DNA from: Squalus acanthias
Lineage: Eukaryota
NCBI GenBank assembly: GCA_030390025.1
Contig: CM059425.1
Coordinates: forward strand, 162,318,001 to 162,382,000
Length of the DNA: 64,000 nt
Direction of reading: 5' to 3'
The notes beneath the pieces were generated by a model, which saw only the letters and a list, made by a program, of their open reading frames with translations, was not told where the DNA came from and ran no database searches. Positions within the stretch are counted from its first letter, which is position 1. Every line of letters starts with the position of its first letter. Both the position numbers and the translations under genes were made by a program. Positions 48,438 through 61,865 of this stretch are shown piece by piece.

Positions 48438-50817
48438 ATCGTCAAGGAACCAACTCGAGATCAGGCCATCTTAGACTGGGTATTATGTAATGAGAAAGGA
48501 TTAATTAGCAATCTTGTTGTGTGAGGCCCCTTGGGAAGGAGCGATCATAATATGATAGTATCTTCATTAAGATGGAGAGTGAAGTAGTTGACTCAGAGAC
48601 TAGGGTCCTGAATTTAAATAAAGGAAACTACAATGTGGCACGAGTTGGTTAGGATGGATTGGGGAACGTTACTTAAAGGGTTGACGGTGGATAGGCAATG
48701 GCAAACATTTAAAGATCGCATGGATGAACTACAGAATTTGTTCATCCCTGTTTGGCATAAAAATAAAACAAAAAAGGTGACTCAACCATGGCTAACAAGG
48801 GAAATTAGGGATCGCATAAGATCCAAGGAGAGGACATATAATTTGGCCAGAAAAAGCAGCAAACCTGAGGATTGGGAGCAGTTTAGGATTCAGCAAAGGA
48901 GGACAAAGGGATTAATTAAGAGGGGGGAAATAGATTATGAGAGTAAGCTTGCAGGGAATATAAAAACTGACTGTAAAAGCTTCTATAGATATGTGAAGAG
49001 AAAAAGATTGGTGAAGTCAAGCGTAGTTGCAGTTAGAATCAGGGGAATTTATAATGGGGAACAAAGAAATGGCAGACCAATTAAATACATACTTTGGTTC
49101 TGTCTTCACAAAGGGGGACACAAATAACCTCCCAGAGATGTCGGGGAACATAGGGTCTAATGAGAGGGAGGAATTGAATGAAATCAGTATTTGTCGGGAA
49201 ATGGTGTTAGGGAAATTGACAGGATTGAAGGCCGATAAATCCCCAGGGCCTGATAATCTACATCCTAGGGTACTTAAGGAAGTGGCCCTAGAAATAGTAG
49301 ATGCATTGCTGGTCATCTTCCAAAATTCTATAGACTCTGGAACAGTTCCCATGGATTGGAGGATAGCTAATGTAACCCCATTATTTAAAAAAGGTGGTAG
49401 AGAGAAAACGGGGAATTATAGAAACAGTAAGCCTGACATCGGTAGTGGGGAAAATGCTAGAGTCCATTACAAAAGATGTAATAGCAGAGCACTTGGAAAA
49501 CAGTGACAGGATCAGACAAAGTCAACATGGATTTACAAAAGGTAAATCATGCTTGACTAATCTACTGGAATTTTTTGAGGATGTAACTGGTAGAATAGAT
49601 AAGGGAGAACCAGTGGATGTGGTGCATTTGGACTTGCAGAAGGCTTTCGATAAGGTCCCGCATAAGAGATAAACATGCAAAGTTAAAGCGCATGGGATTG
49701 GGGGTAAGGTACTGTCTTGGATAGAGAACTGGTTGGCAGACAGGAAGCAAAGTGTTGGAATAAACAGGTCTTTTTCCGAGTGGCAGGCAGTGACTGGTGG
49801 GGTACCGCAGGGATCAGTGCTAGGACCCCAGCTATTCACAATATATATAAATGATCTAGACGAGGGAACTAGATGTAATATCTCCAAGTTTGAGACGACA
49901 CAAAGCTGGGTGGGCGTGTGTGCTGTGAGGAGAATGCAGAGAAACTCCAGTATGATTTGGACAGGTTGGCTGATTGGGCAGATGCATGGCAGATGCAGTA
50001 TAATGTGGATAAATGCGAGGTTATCCACTTCGGTGGCAAAAACAGGAAGACAGATTATCTGAACTGCAATAGATTGGGAGAAGGGAAAGTGCAACGAGAC
50101 CTGGGTGTCCTTGTGCACCAGTCGCTGAAGGTAAGCATGCAGGTGCAGCAGGCGGTTAAGAAGGCAAATGGTATGTTGGCCTTCATAGCGAGAGGATTCG
50201 AGTACAGGAGCAAGGATGTCTTGCTGAAGTTGTACAGGGCCTTGGTGAGACCACACCTTGAGTATTGTGTGCAGTTTTGGTCGCCTTATCTGAGGAAGGA
50301 TGTTCTTGACATGGAGAGAGTGCAGCGAAGATTCACCAGACTGATACCTGGAATGGCAGGAATGACGTATGAGGAGAGATTGGGTCGATTAGGCTTATAT
50401 TCGCTAGAGTTTAGAAGAATGAGAGGGGATCTCATTGAAACTTATAAAATTCTAACAGGACTAGACAGACTAGATGCAGGAAGGATGTTCCCGATGGCGG
50501 GGGAGTCCAGAACCAGAGGTCACAGTCTAAGGATAAGGGGTAAGCCATTTAGGACTGAGATGAGGAGGAATTTCTTCACCCAGAGAGTGGTGAACCTGTG
50601 GAATTCTCTACCATACAAGGCAGTTGAGGCCAATTCATTAAATATATTCAAGAAGGAGTTAGATATATTTCAAGGCTAAAGGGAACAAGGATATGGGGAG
50701 AAAGCAGGGACAGGGTACTGAATTTGGATGATCAGCCATGATCTCATTAAATGGCGGAACAGGCTCGAGGGGCCGAATGGCCTACTCCTGCTCCTATCTT
50801 CTATGATTCTATGTTTC
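48438..50817 (+). mobile_element. 5'-truncated CR1 LINE
   Basis: Endonuclease end (EPTR..AILD..L..SDHN), RT with frameshifts, ORF 49918-50679, tail TTCTATGATTCTATG. Confidence 0.95.
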
Positions 50818-51380
50818 TGAACTAAACTGACCGACAATAGACAAAAAATTATGAGAGCCTCCTGGAAATCTGAGGGGATGGTGCTGGAGAAGCAGTGTGT
50901 GGAAGATGAATATTATTTGAAGATCCCACAAAGTTAGGTTTTCCTTCTCCCACATTTATCATTCACCACTCTACACTGGAGATCAGCCTAGTAGTACTTA
51001 GGATTAAGAGAATGGGATAAACCCCAGCTACCAAAGGCATTATCATTCCACAACTCCTAAGTCTAAGTAACTCCATATAAAGGAAATAAAGTGAACAGTG
51101 TGCCAAAGCAAGAGATATTAGGAGAAGTGATGAGATGGGCTTTAAAGGGAGCTTAAAGGAGGAGAGGGAGGTGGAGAGGTTTAGGGAGGAAATTCCAGCA
51201 CTTAAGTGAGTGACAGCATGCCTACCAATGGTGGGATGAAATGAGGGAAAGATGCACAAGAGGCCTGAGTCAGAGTATTGGAGAGCTCGAGTTAGGGCTG
51301 GATGAGGTTACAGAGAAAAGAAGGTGCAAGGCCATGGAGGGATTTAAACAAAAGAATGGGGGTTTTAAATTTGAAATATT

Positions 51381-52138
51381 GGCCTGGAATTTGCGGTCAG
51401 CGGCGAAGTGACGGTGACCTGAAAGAAAGCTGCCCACAAACATCTAGCGATCTCTGTGGCAAAAACTTGAGCTTTCTCAAACTTAATTTGATTGTAGTGT
51501 TGTCAAAAGGGGATCCCCAGCGTAAAAGAGCAGTGATGTCATCAAGCTGTCTAAGCAGCCAATCACTTTGAAGAATTCTCACAGACAGCAAACCAGGAAA
51601 TAAAATGCATATATTATAATTTACTGTTTATAAATTTTACAGAGAGCGAAATAAAGATTGGGGCATACACATAGGATTAAGGTAGAAGCTGAAATATCAA
51701 ACAAACTTTAAAAAAAATCTTTTTTTATTATTTTAAAAATCTAGTCATTTTTATCATAATGGAGAAATTTGACATTTCACAAATAAAAATTAGTTTTTCA
51801 GGGCCAGGATGGTTGTTCAGCAGTCAATACACTGTTAAAACCCCAGTTACACCTATTCCAACAAGGCTTAACATAAGAACATAACTTTATGGGGCGTTTA
51901 ACAGCGTAATTAGAGCGGAAAAGCTTAAGTTTTCGTCAGTTCAATGATTTCACTGATTGCTGGCTCTGGGGAGTTCCACAGCGCAGCCTGTAGCGCAGCA
52001 GGGAATTACTGACCGCAACTTCAGGATTTCTGTGTTTAGCTGCACATGCGCTAAATCCTGAAGTTGCTGTCAGTTTCAGAGGGGTAATGACGGCGAACGC
52101 TGACAGTTCACCGTCATTACCACTGCAAAATCTGGGCC
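51381..52138. mobile_element. Non-autonomous Harbinger-type TIR element (family A)
   Basis: TIRs GGCCTGGAATTTGC / GCAAAATCTGGGCC; TSD ATT (51378-51380, 52139-52141). Confidence 0.88.
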
Positions 52139-52184
52139 ATTGGGTGACCGGGAGCAAATGTATGACAATGAGGGCAAGAGTGAT

Positions 52185-52512
52185 GATGTTTAAAATGATA
52201 AAGGGATTTGATAGGGTAAATATAGAGAAACTATTTCCTCTGGTGGGGGAATTCATAATAAGTGGGCATAATCTTAAAATTAGAGCTAGGCCAGTTAGGA
52301 GTGAAATCAGGAAGCATTTTTTCACACAAAGTGGAAAGCTGGAACGCTGTCCCCCAAAAGGCTATGGATGTTGAGTCAAGTGCAATTTTCAAGACTGAGT
52401 TCATCAGATTTTTGTCAGGTAAGGGTATCAAGGGATATAGAAAAAAGGCAAGAAATGGGTTGAGGTATACATCAGTCATGATTTAATAGAATGGTAGAAC
52501 AGGCTTGAGCTT
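52185..52512 (+). mobile_element. CR1 3' fragment
   Basis: FKMIKGFDRVNIEKLFPLVGE..GHNLKIRARP..IRKHFFTQ. Confidence 0.85.
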
Positions 52513-52712
52513 CTGAATGACTTCGAGTGGGACTTGGTGCAGGATAAGGTATGGGCAACAGAGTTTCAGATGAGCTGAAGTTTATGGAGGGTGGTAGTTG
52601 GGAGACTGGCCAGGAGAATGTTAGAATTATCAAGTCTGGAAGTGACAAAGGTATAGATGAGCATTTCAGTGGCAGATAAGCAATATTACAGAGGTGGAAG
52701 TAGAAAATCTTT

Positions 52713-53431
52713 GGGCCGAAATTTGCGGTTGGGGGCATACCTCCAGAGTATGCCTCCGACCCGAAAAAAAATACAAAAGTACCTGGTGGCTCCCAAGCTT
52801 CGAAGTCTTTGGGTCCTGGGCCTCCAGGCGTATGCCTGCATAAAGGCCCACAGATCCCAGGGACGCAGGCGGTTCGGAAGCGTCCCTGGGATCACGTGGG
52901 CCAAGGCCAACCAATTAGAAAGGGGGATTCCCCATCTACGAACAGAATCCTCATAAGCTTATGAGAAATCCCCAAATAAATAAATAATTAACACAATTCT
53001 AATAAAAATAAATATTCCCATTTTCAAAATTAATTAAAAGTCCCTTTGATTAAGCATTTAAAATAAAAATTAAATTTTTTGAAAAATAATAAAAACATTT
53101 TAATCCGGCCCAAAATTTACATGAACTAATTTTAACTGTTTTGTATGGTTTAATCATTTAAAAATTTTAATTGAACATTTATTTTAACCCTTACGCTGGT
53201 AAAAGCAGGCCGTATGCCTGCTTTTACCGGGCATAAGTGTTTCGTGGGCATTCACTGGGCAGTAGTTGGGCAAATAGCCCAACTCTGCGGCAGCGAAAGT
53301 GTTTTTGGGGCGCATGCGGATGATCTGTCAAGGAGAAACTTGACAGATCGCAAGTTCCGGGTTTTCGCGCATGAGGGCTTACGATGGTGTCGCAGTGCAT
53401 ACGCCGTCATCGGCCCCGCAACATCCGGGCC
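52713..53431. mobile_element. Non-autonomous Harbinger-type TIR element (related to family B)
   Basis: TIRs GGGCCGAAATTTGCGG / CCGCAACATCCGGGCC; TSD TTT (52710-52712, 53432-53434). Shares the CCCTGGGATCACGTGGGCCA block with family B. Confidence 0.88.
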
Positions 53432-54421
53432 TTTGTGATGGTGAGACTATAAGGTTGGAAGCTCAGCTCAGGATTGTATTGGATGCTGAGGTTGGCGAAC
53501 AGTCTGGTTCAACTCAAGACATTGGCCAGGAGGGGGATGGAGTCAGCAGCATGGGTATGGGCTTTGTCATGGGGAGCGGAAGAAGATGGCTTTGATCTTC
53601 CCAATGTTTAGCAGCAGGAAATTATGGCTCATTCATGACTGGATGTCGGACAAGCAGTCCGACAGTCCAGAGGCACTGGAGTTGTTGAGAGGGATGGTGG
53701 AGCGGTACAGCTGGGTGTCATCAGTGTACCTGTGGAAGCATACCCCATGTCTATGGATGATTCCTTCTATTCAGTATTATAAGCATAATACTAAGAAGGA
53801 ATTATCTGCAACATGGTTTGTGTGAAGTAAGAGGGGTGCTTAGTACTGACTACAGCAGTTCTTGGTCTAGGAATTAACCCCTCTCATCAGTAAGACCACC
53901 AACTGGATCAGAGTGTACGATCTGGTCTGACAATTGAGAGAAGATTTTACTTCTGTGGAATAAGAGATTAGGCAAGCACTATTCAGTGCTAGGATATCTG
54001 AAACTCACTGTTTGAAAGTTCACTGATGGGATTACCAGAGTTGCCTATGCTCCTTCTGCTCTGAATTTTCCGCAGCACCCTTGTGAGCAGGAAAAGTTAA
54101 AGAAACACATTTTCTTCAGGAGAAAGATCCTCTAACCAACAAACTGACACGTCTGTGATGGTTGTTCAGAAGAGCTTGATCATCAGGTCACCCTAGGTCC
54201 AGAAAATCTCATGCACCAGCAACAACCTACATTTATATAGTACCTTTAATGCAACAACATGTCCTAAGGCACTTCACAATTATGGGAGGTGGGAGGGACG
54301 GATATTCGGGGAGCATTGGTAAAAATATTAACTTTGCAAAAGACAAATAAGTTTCTAATCTAGCATTTTGTTGAGCAAAGACAAATAGGAGAAAATATGT
54401 ACATTGCTCATATTACATTAT

Positions 54422-54427
54422 TTTATT
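54422..54427 (-). terminator. Candidate MCTP1 polyadenylation signal AATAAA
   Basis: TTTATT on +, ~420 nt past the MCTP1 stop in AT-rich UTR-like sequence. Confidence 0.45.
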
Positions 54428-54848
54428 GTAGGTGATTATCATTAAAATAGGAATTGTAGTGATTGTTTCTAACGTATTTTTTCCTGTAAACAATCAAAAT
54501 TTGTAATGCTGCAATATCTTTTTAAATGACTGACAATTGCCACTGGACAGTTTGTAAATATTTACCACCTCTGTTTTATACTGTTTATAAAGATCCAGGC
54601 ATTAGGCACGTTCTGCAAAGCTTTAATATAAGAACATAATTTTAAAAGTTTTAACATAAGTGCTTTATACAATAATAAGCAATGTGCATTTTTCAAATAC
54701 AGAGTTCAATATTGTACAACATTTACAGATGCTATATTTCAATATAAAAATCAAAATAAATGAGTGAAGAAAAGGAAATGGTGCTCCGGCAGCTGATCCA
54801 CTTCTAATCTTCAGAAAGCAGATGTGTAACTCTGGTTGAAGGGGTTGG

Positions 54849-54923
54849 CTAGCCTGAGTTGTTTTTCTTCTTAAAAATCATCAGGCCCTGACTAGATTCT
54901 TGATTCAACTCATGGAACTGCAC
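54849..54923 (-). CDS. MCTP1: Multiple C2 and transmembrane domain protein 1, last coding exon
   Basis: Acceptor cttttgtttaaacag, then VQFHELNQESSQGLMIFKKKNNSG* (recalled human: VQYQELKPDPSHSPYKRKKNNLG). Phase 0 matches the upstream exon. Confidence 0.88.
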   Translation of the reverse strand: MQFHELNQESSQGLMIFKKKNNSG

Positions 54924-55478
54924 CTGTTTAAACAAAAGTTTTGAGAAACCAAGTAATGAGGTGATTCTTTGCTGGCAATGGGAAAAGCGTAGGAAAGGGC
55001 TGGGATGATATTTGGGAAAAATCAGCGGTCCCTTGAAAGCTGCTTCAATAGCCCAGCTGGGATTGAAGACAATAGGGTAAAAGAAATGGTGTAAAGGAAC
55101 AAAACAGCACAGGGGAAACTTCTGCCAGGAAACAGTGCTGTGTGCGTACAACATTGAGTCTGTGTGTGTTCTTGAGAATTCAGAATAGAGAAAATAAACA
55201 GAATCTGCTCAAAAGCCTGTTGCTATACTATAAGGATGTTATGACCATCTAATGACTATTTCCATCCTTGCTGTGCTGGGGATTTCTATAGGATTCAAGA
55301 TCACAGAACTGGGCTGTCCTCAGTGATATCATCTTTATGCACATTCTGTAATTAACCATTAGTTCATCCCAGCCCAATTTTCAATATGTGCATATGTACC
55401 TTGCAGATAACTTGCACTTACATAACCAAACTTTATTGAAATGGCACATATAGAGATGAACTTAGGGATCAAAGATAA

Positions 55479-55688
55479 GGGGTAATTTTCCTCCTCGTTT
55501 GCGCCTGGGAACCCTCGCAGTGCAGAGAAAATGGAGTAGAGACCCATAGTGGGTAAATGTCGGCAGGGTTTCTCCCACTCGCCCGTCGTAACTTTGTTGG
55601 AATTGCCGCAGAAATGCTGGGAAAACGGCATAAACAGTGTTTAAAGTTAGAGCCGATAAATGGGAGAACCCCCATGGAAATTCACCCC
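55479..55688. mobile_element. ~210-bp MITE
   Basis: TIRs GGGGTAATTTTCC / GGAAATTCACCCC. Confidence 0.6.
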
Positions 55689-56749
55689 CATGGTCTCAGG
55701 TCTCCACAGCCACAACACTACCCCGGGATTTCCAGGCCTTCCCGAAATCATGTAACTGGGCCTAAACAGAGATGCGCCCCAAAAAACCTGGCAGTGGGGC
55801 TTGTGTCAGGACTCCCCGCACACCTAGGACAGTCAGAAGATTTCCCCCCAACCCAGGACAAACGTCAGGCTACTGGGCCTTGACTGATGCTCTCCCGGAG
55901 CAATTAGCCAATAGACTGCAATGCTGGCCTCTAATTTGAGCGCAAGGACACAGGCGTGCGCTGGGAGTGAATCTGGGCCATGCCTGCTGGCTGTCCAGTG
56001 GGAGATCCGAGAGGAAGATCAGCTCTTAGACCACTTTCTCTTTAATTCGCCTTGCTTATAATTTAGCTTTTTTTATATAAAGGTGTGAAAGATTAAATGT
56101 AATTTACTGCTTTACAAAGTTACCACCATACCTAGTGGAAGGTGTTGATAACTCCTATTCCACTCATATGTGGTTAATTAGTGTCTAGGTAAAATGTACA
56201 TGTACTAATCTGAGGTGGTTGTATGAGGAAAATGAGTTTTATTTCTTTAATACTTTTTTCCTATTTTGTCATCAACAAATTTGAAATACTTAATTCACTA
56301 CTAATAGATACTGAATATAAATGGAATTATGCAGTACATGACAACTGAAAGTTCATATAATTCTGTTGCCTTAAAGTGTTGCCAAAATTCTGAATGTTTG
56401 ACAAAAAATGTCTTTCATGAGAACTGTAATCAACAGAAACAAATGTTTAGGAACAGCTTGGTAATTTACATCATGGGGCCCTTGACTTCCACCCTAAAGG
56501 CTGCAAGTTTGAATGCCAGGGCTGCCTATCACTCAGGTTAAGTACCTTGGCTTTGCCAGTTCCTAACTGGCCCACACGGAAAAGGTGTGCACTGTCAGGG
56601 TGTGAGGAAGAAGCTAGAAGGAGCAGACCTGTATTAGTCGCAATTTGAAAAGAGCAAATTGTGACATGCCTTTGACATTAATCATGGAAGAATCTGTGGT
56701 TTATGTAATACTAAATAGCAAGAAGCAAAATATGCAAATAAAACTCTTA

Positions 56750-57075
56750 TGGAAGCTCAACTGGTAAGTGTACTGCCCAATGTAAAACTGAACTACACAG
56801 ACCTAAAAAGATTTGATCCTTATTTGGGGCTGATTTTAGTTGATTTCACCTGGGAGAGCTGGGGCACTACAATTGACCTTCGTACTCATGTGAGGAGGTT
56901 GGCTGACAACAGTATCAGGCTTGGCTGTGATAACCCACATATGATCGATTAGCTGCCTCCCACTCACTGTTTAGGCTCAATATGTAGAATGCCCACTGAG
57001 GCAAAGTACCAGAGGGGTGCAGGTGCCCCTGTACACACACCCTAGTATGAGTTGCCACCTTTAGCAGAGGAGGGA
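56750..57075 (+). mobile_element. Old tRNA-headed SINE (degenerate)
   Basis: A-box-like AGCTCAACTGG and B-box-like TTTGATCC; body resembles ancient vertebrate SINEs (from recall). Confidence 0.4.
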
Positions 57076-57849
57076 TGAAAAGGTTTTTTTTAATGTGATT
57101 AAGACAATGTTATTTACATGAAACTGGGAATCTCACTGCATGTTTAATCGATTTACTCTTTCTTAATTAGTCATCTGGTTCGTAGTGACACTTTTAAAAA
57201 CATTGCAAAGAAAGCACAAGTGGTGATGTAATCAATAATACATATGCATTTTGCATGCATTAATGTTTGCATGTTTCAATATAAGATTACACGTGTCCCA
57301 TCCAGAAACTTTAAAAAGGCAAATATTTAATTCAGTGAAGGTTCGTTCTAATGTTATAATCCATGTACTGAGTTAACAAGGAAAGTACATTTTATATAAT
57401 AATGTTAAACTTGAAACTGTAGCCTTCTCTTTTGCAAGCATAGCACATTGCTTAAAAATAACACAAAAGTGTGCAATTTCATGAACACTTCAAAAGGAAT
57501 AATATTTTAATTGCACTGTCCCTAAGCATGATAGAAAAATGTTGCCAATAAAATCTCTTAAAAATTGGTTATTTCTGTTCACTACTTTTGTCATGAAAGT
57601 CACGATTTCCCAGACAGTGCTTCCTGTGAGTAATACTCCACACTGGGAGAGTTCAACCCCAGAATCAGCCCTATTAATTTATGCTGGATCACTTCTACCC
57701 TGGAATTAGGGTTTGGCAAGTTTACACCTTGGCAAACTATTGCCCAACTGCTAAAAGCTGTACCAATCTTTAGGAGTATATAACTGAAAATTAAAACACC
57801 ATTTTAGTACAGTAAGTACACCTAATCACAGTAAAGGCATAACTCATGA

Positions 57850-60320
57850 GATTTCCAAACCAAATTTGCAGTAATAGTGTGGAGAATGAATTCATGGAAT
57901 GTATGCAAGATAGCTTTCTAGATCAGTATGTGGAGGAACCAACTAGGGAACAGGCTATTTTAGATCTAGTATTATGCAATGAGAAAGGGTTAATTAATAA
58001 CCTTGTAGTAAAGGGGCCTTTAGGGAAGAGTGACCATAATATGATAGAATTTTATATTGAGTTTGAAAGTGATTTAGTTAAATCCGAAACTAGGATCTTG
58101 AACCTGAACAAAGCAAACTATGCAGGTATGAGGGGCGAGTTGGCTAAGGTAGATTGGGAAACTACATTAAAGGTATGATGGTAGAGAAGCAATTAAAGAA
58201 TTAATACATAATTTACAACAAATAACCATTCCTTTAAGGCACAAAAACCCCACAGGAAAAGTGTTCCACAAGAGAAGTTAAAGATAGTATTATATCATAG
58301 GAAGAGGCTTATAATGTTGCCAAAAAGAGTAGTAAGCCTGAGGATTGGGAGGATTTTAGAATTTAGCAAAGGAGGACCAAGAAATTGATAAAGAAAGGGA
58401 AAATAGAATGAGAGTAAACTAGCGAGAGACATAAAAACAGACTGTAAAAGCTTCTATAGGTATGTAAAAAGGAAAAGATTAGCGAAAGTAAATGTGGGTC
58501 CCTTACAGGCTGAGACAGGAGAAATTATAATGGGGAATAAGGAAATGGCAGAGAAATTAAACAAATACTTCATGCCTGTCTTCATGGAAGAAGACGCAAA
58601 AAACTTCCCGGAAATAGTGGAGAACCAAGGCTCTAGCGAGAATGAGGAACTGAAAGAAATTTAGTATTATTAAAAAAATAGTACTGGAGAAATTAATGGG
58701 ACTGAAAGCCAATAAATCCCCTGGACCTGATGGCCTACATCCTAGGGTTTTGAAAGAGTTGGCTATGGAGATAGTGGATGCATTGGTTGTCATTTTCCAA
58801 AATTCCATAAATTCTAGAACGGTTCCCATGGATTGGAAGGTAGCAGATGTAACCCCACTATTTAAGAAAGGAGGGAGAGAGAAAACGGGGAACTACAGAC
58901 CAGTTAGCATGACATCAGTAGTAGGGAAAATGCTAAAATCTATTATTAAGGACGTGGTAACAGGGCACTTAGAAATAATAATAGATTGGGCAGAGTCAAC
59001 ACGGATATATGAAAGGGAAATCATGTTTGACAAATCTGTTAAGAGTTTTTTGAGGTTGTAACCAGCAGAATAGATAAGGGGGAACCAGTGAATGTGGTGT
59101 GTTTGGATTTTCAGAAGGCATTCGATAAGGTGCCACACAAGAGGTTATTAAACAAAATTGGGGCTCATGGGATTGGGGGTAATATACTAGCATGGATTGA
59201 GGATTGGTTAAGGGACAGAAAAGAGAGAGTAGGAATAAACGGGTCATTTTCGGGTTGGCAAGGATATTAGTGGGGTACCGCAAGGATCAGTGCTTGGGCC
59301 TCAGCTATTCTCAATCTACATTACTGATTCTGATGAGGGGACCAAATGTAATATATCCAATTTTGCTGATGATACAAAGCTAGGTGGGAATGTAAGTTGT
59401 GAGGAGGATGCAAAGAGGCTTCAAGGGGATATAGACAAGCTAAGTGAGTGGGCAAGAACATGGCAAATGGAATATAATGTGGAGAAATGTGAAGTTATCC
59501 ACTTTGGTAGGAAAGATAGAAAAGCAGAGTATTTTTTAAATGGTGAGAGATTGGGAAATGTTGGTGTTCAGAGGGAACTGGGTGTCCTTGTACACGAATC
59601 ACTGAAAGTTAACATGCAGGTACAGCAAGCAATTAGGAAAGCAAATGGTATGTTGGCCTTTATTACAAGAGGATTTGAGTATAAGAGTAAAGATGTCTTA
59701 CTGCAATTATATAGGGCCCTGGTGAGACCACACCTGGGATATTGTGTACAGTTTTGGTCTCCTTACCTAAGGAAGGAGATAATTGCCAAAGAGGGAGTGC
59801 AACGAAGGTTCACCAGACTGGTTCCTGGGATGGGGGGATTGTCCTATTAGGAGTGATTGAGTAGACTAGGCCTATATTCTCTGGAATTTAGAAGAATGAG
59901 AGGTGATCTCACTGAAACATACAAAATTCTTACAGGGCTTGACTGGGTAGAAGCAGGGAGGATGTTTCTCCTGGCTGGCGGGGGGGGTGGGGGGGGGGGA
60001 GAGTCTAGAACCAGGGGTCACAGTCTTAGAGTAAGGGGTCGGCCATTTTGGACTGAGATGAGGAGAAATGTCTTCACTCAGAGGGTGGTGAATCTTTGGA
60101 ATTCTCTACCCCAGAGGGATGCGGAGGCTCAGTCGTTGAGTATATTCAAGACCGAGAGCGATAGATTTTTGAATATTAAGGGAATCAAGGGATATGGGGA
60201 TAGTGCAGGAAAGTGGAGTAGAGATAGAAGATCAGCCATGATTTTACTGAATAGCGGAGCAGGCTCGAAGGGTCAAACGGCCTACTCCTGCTCCTGTTTC
60301 TTATGTTCTTACGTTATGTT
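57850..60320 (+). mobile_element. 5'-truncated CR1 LINE, antisense in the last MCTP1 intron
   Basis: Endonuclease end and RT ORF fragments 57846-60402; 3' tail (CTTATGTT)n. Confidence 0.95.
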
Positions 60321-60544
60321 CACCAGTCCCGCTTCTTTTGGTTATGTCATGATGGAAGGGAGTACAGGGCTAGAAGTGGTTGCCTCCCCATTTGGAAATT
60401 AATGAGAAAGAAAGGGGTTCGACCCGCCGCCCCCCCCCCCGCCTGTCTTACATCCTCATTCTGCCCTCTGAGGCCCAAGAATTTCCTATCACTACACCAA
60501 ATTACATTTCAGCTGTTACTTGAGACAGATACAAAGGCACTTAC

Positions 60545-60642
60545 CACTTGTACATCAGAGTGAACTCTGGAGAGAAAGTCTAGCAGTTCATTATTATCAA
60601 TGAGTAACGGATTGCGAAGTTTCTTTGTGAATTTGTGGACAC
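60545..60642 (-). CDS. MCTP1: MCTP1 penultimate coding exon (98 nt)
   Basis: Acceptor tttcacag and donor gtaagt. Translates (G)[32 protein letters not shown], matching the MCTP C-terminal motif [29 protein letters not shown]. Confidence 0.93.
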
Positions 60643-61865
60643 CTGTGAAAATTGTTAATGAAAGAATCTGAGACATTTTGTTTTTCTCATCCGCTACAGT
60701 TCAAATGACTGCTAATGTGATGAATTGTAAACAGTAGACAGGGAGCAGTCACTCTTTTCACCTGTGAAAATGAGCAAGGACATCTACACAATGAAGTCAC
60801 CTTACATGGTTTCTTATTGCAAATTGGCATTATTGAATTGTGTCACAATCTTCCCATATTAGGGCACCATAAGATATAATTTGCACTTAAAACTTTTTTA
60901 AATTGAAGCAGTGGCGCCTGACAACAATATGTTGTGCTGACTGATTCTGTATTTTATTCCTCTTGCAGCTTAAAACCTACCAACTCTGGGAAAACACAGT
61001 GACAGACCTGACATACCACATTACTCCTGTAATCAAGATCTAAGGCAATCAACAAAATGTAATTTGTATGAATATCAGATATTAGCCTCTTTTTCTGAAA
61101 GAACATTACAATATGAAAATAGAATTGTTTGTATTTTTGGTTAACATAAATGTTTTAAATAGTAGTTATTAGTATATCCTGTCTTCCCCTTTTCCAAGTA
61201 CCTTTGTGTCACATGTCAGGGCAGATAATGTGATGAGAAACACCTAATCCCTAGATAACTGGCGCAGGGGGTCGGAGGGCTGCAATGTCCCTGGGGCGTT
61301 CAATATGTCCCAATGCAGGCAGCCAGCACAGGGGCACCGGGAGCTTGCACACAAGCTGGGAGCAAGGTTCATTTGAATTAGGGGGGCCTCCCCATCAAGT
61401 CACCCGAGTTGCACTCCAGTCACCCAGTGCCCATTTAGAATGGGAGCTGAGTGGAAAGCTCGAATAAGAAAAAGCCCCTTGCTGGTCTTCCTCTTTCTTC
61501 CATGCTACGCCTCAACTCCCCCCACCAAAACTGTTGGTGCTCCATTGGCAGCCATTAGCCTTTCACTAGCTACAAATTTTGGGCCGCCTCCCCCCCCCCC
61601 CCCAACCCCACCCCGTGCTCCCAGAACATCGTGGATGATGTGTGCAGAGTGCCAGAAAACTATGTAGTTGAGTTGAACTCGTTATCAGACGCGGTCAGCT
61701 CATTCCTACACAGCAGGCACTGTGTGGGATAACATTATTAGCCCCAGTGCCCCCTAGCTGCGAGGATGGGCAGGCAAGTTGCTGCAGGCATTGATCAATA
61801 CTGTAGGCCAATTATACCACACAATTTGCACTGATGCTGATCCAGTTCTACTTGACGATGACACA

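Larger units (their letters stand above)
51115..53760 (-). mobile_element. Fragmented L2 LINE split by three insertions
   Basis: Pieces 51115-51380, 52139-52185, 52512-52712 and 53432-53760. The minus strand near 53700-53750 encodes RHGVCFHRYTDDTQLY. Confidence 0.7.

Noticed and set aside
49522..50256. Long antisense ORFs over CR1 RT regions
   Set aside because: Shadow frames of CR1 ORF2 with no independent support.
54924..55154. N-terminal part of the 101-aa minus-strand ORF
   Set aside because: Intronic read-through upstream of the MCTP1 acceptor.
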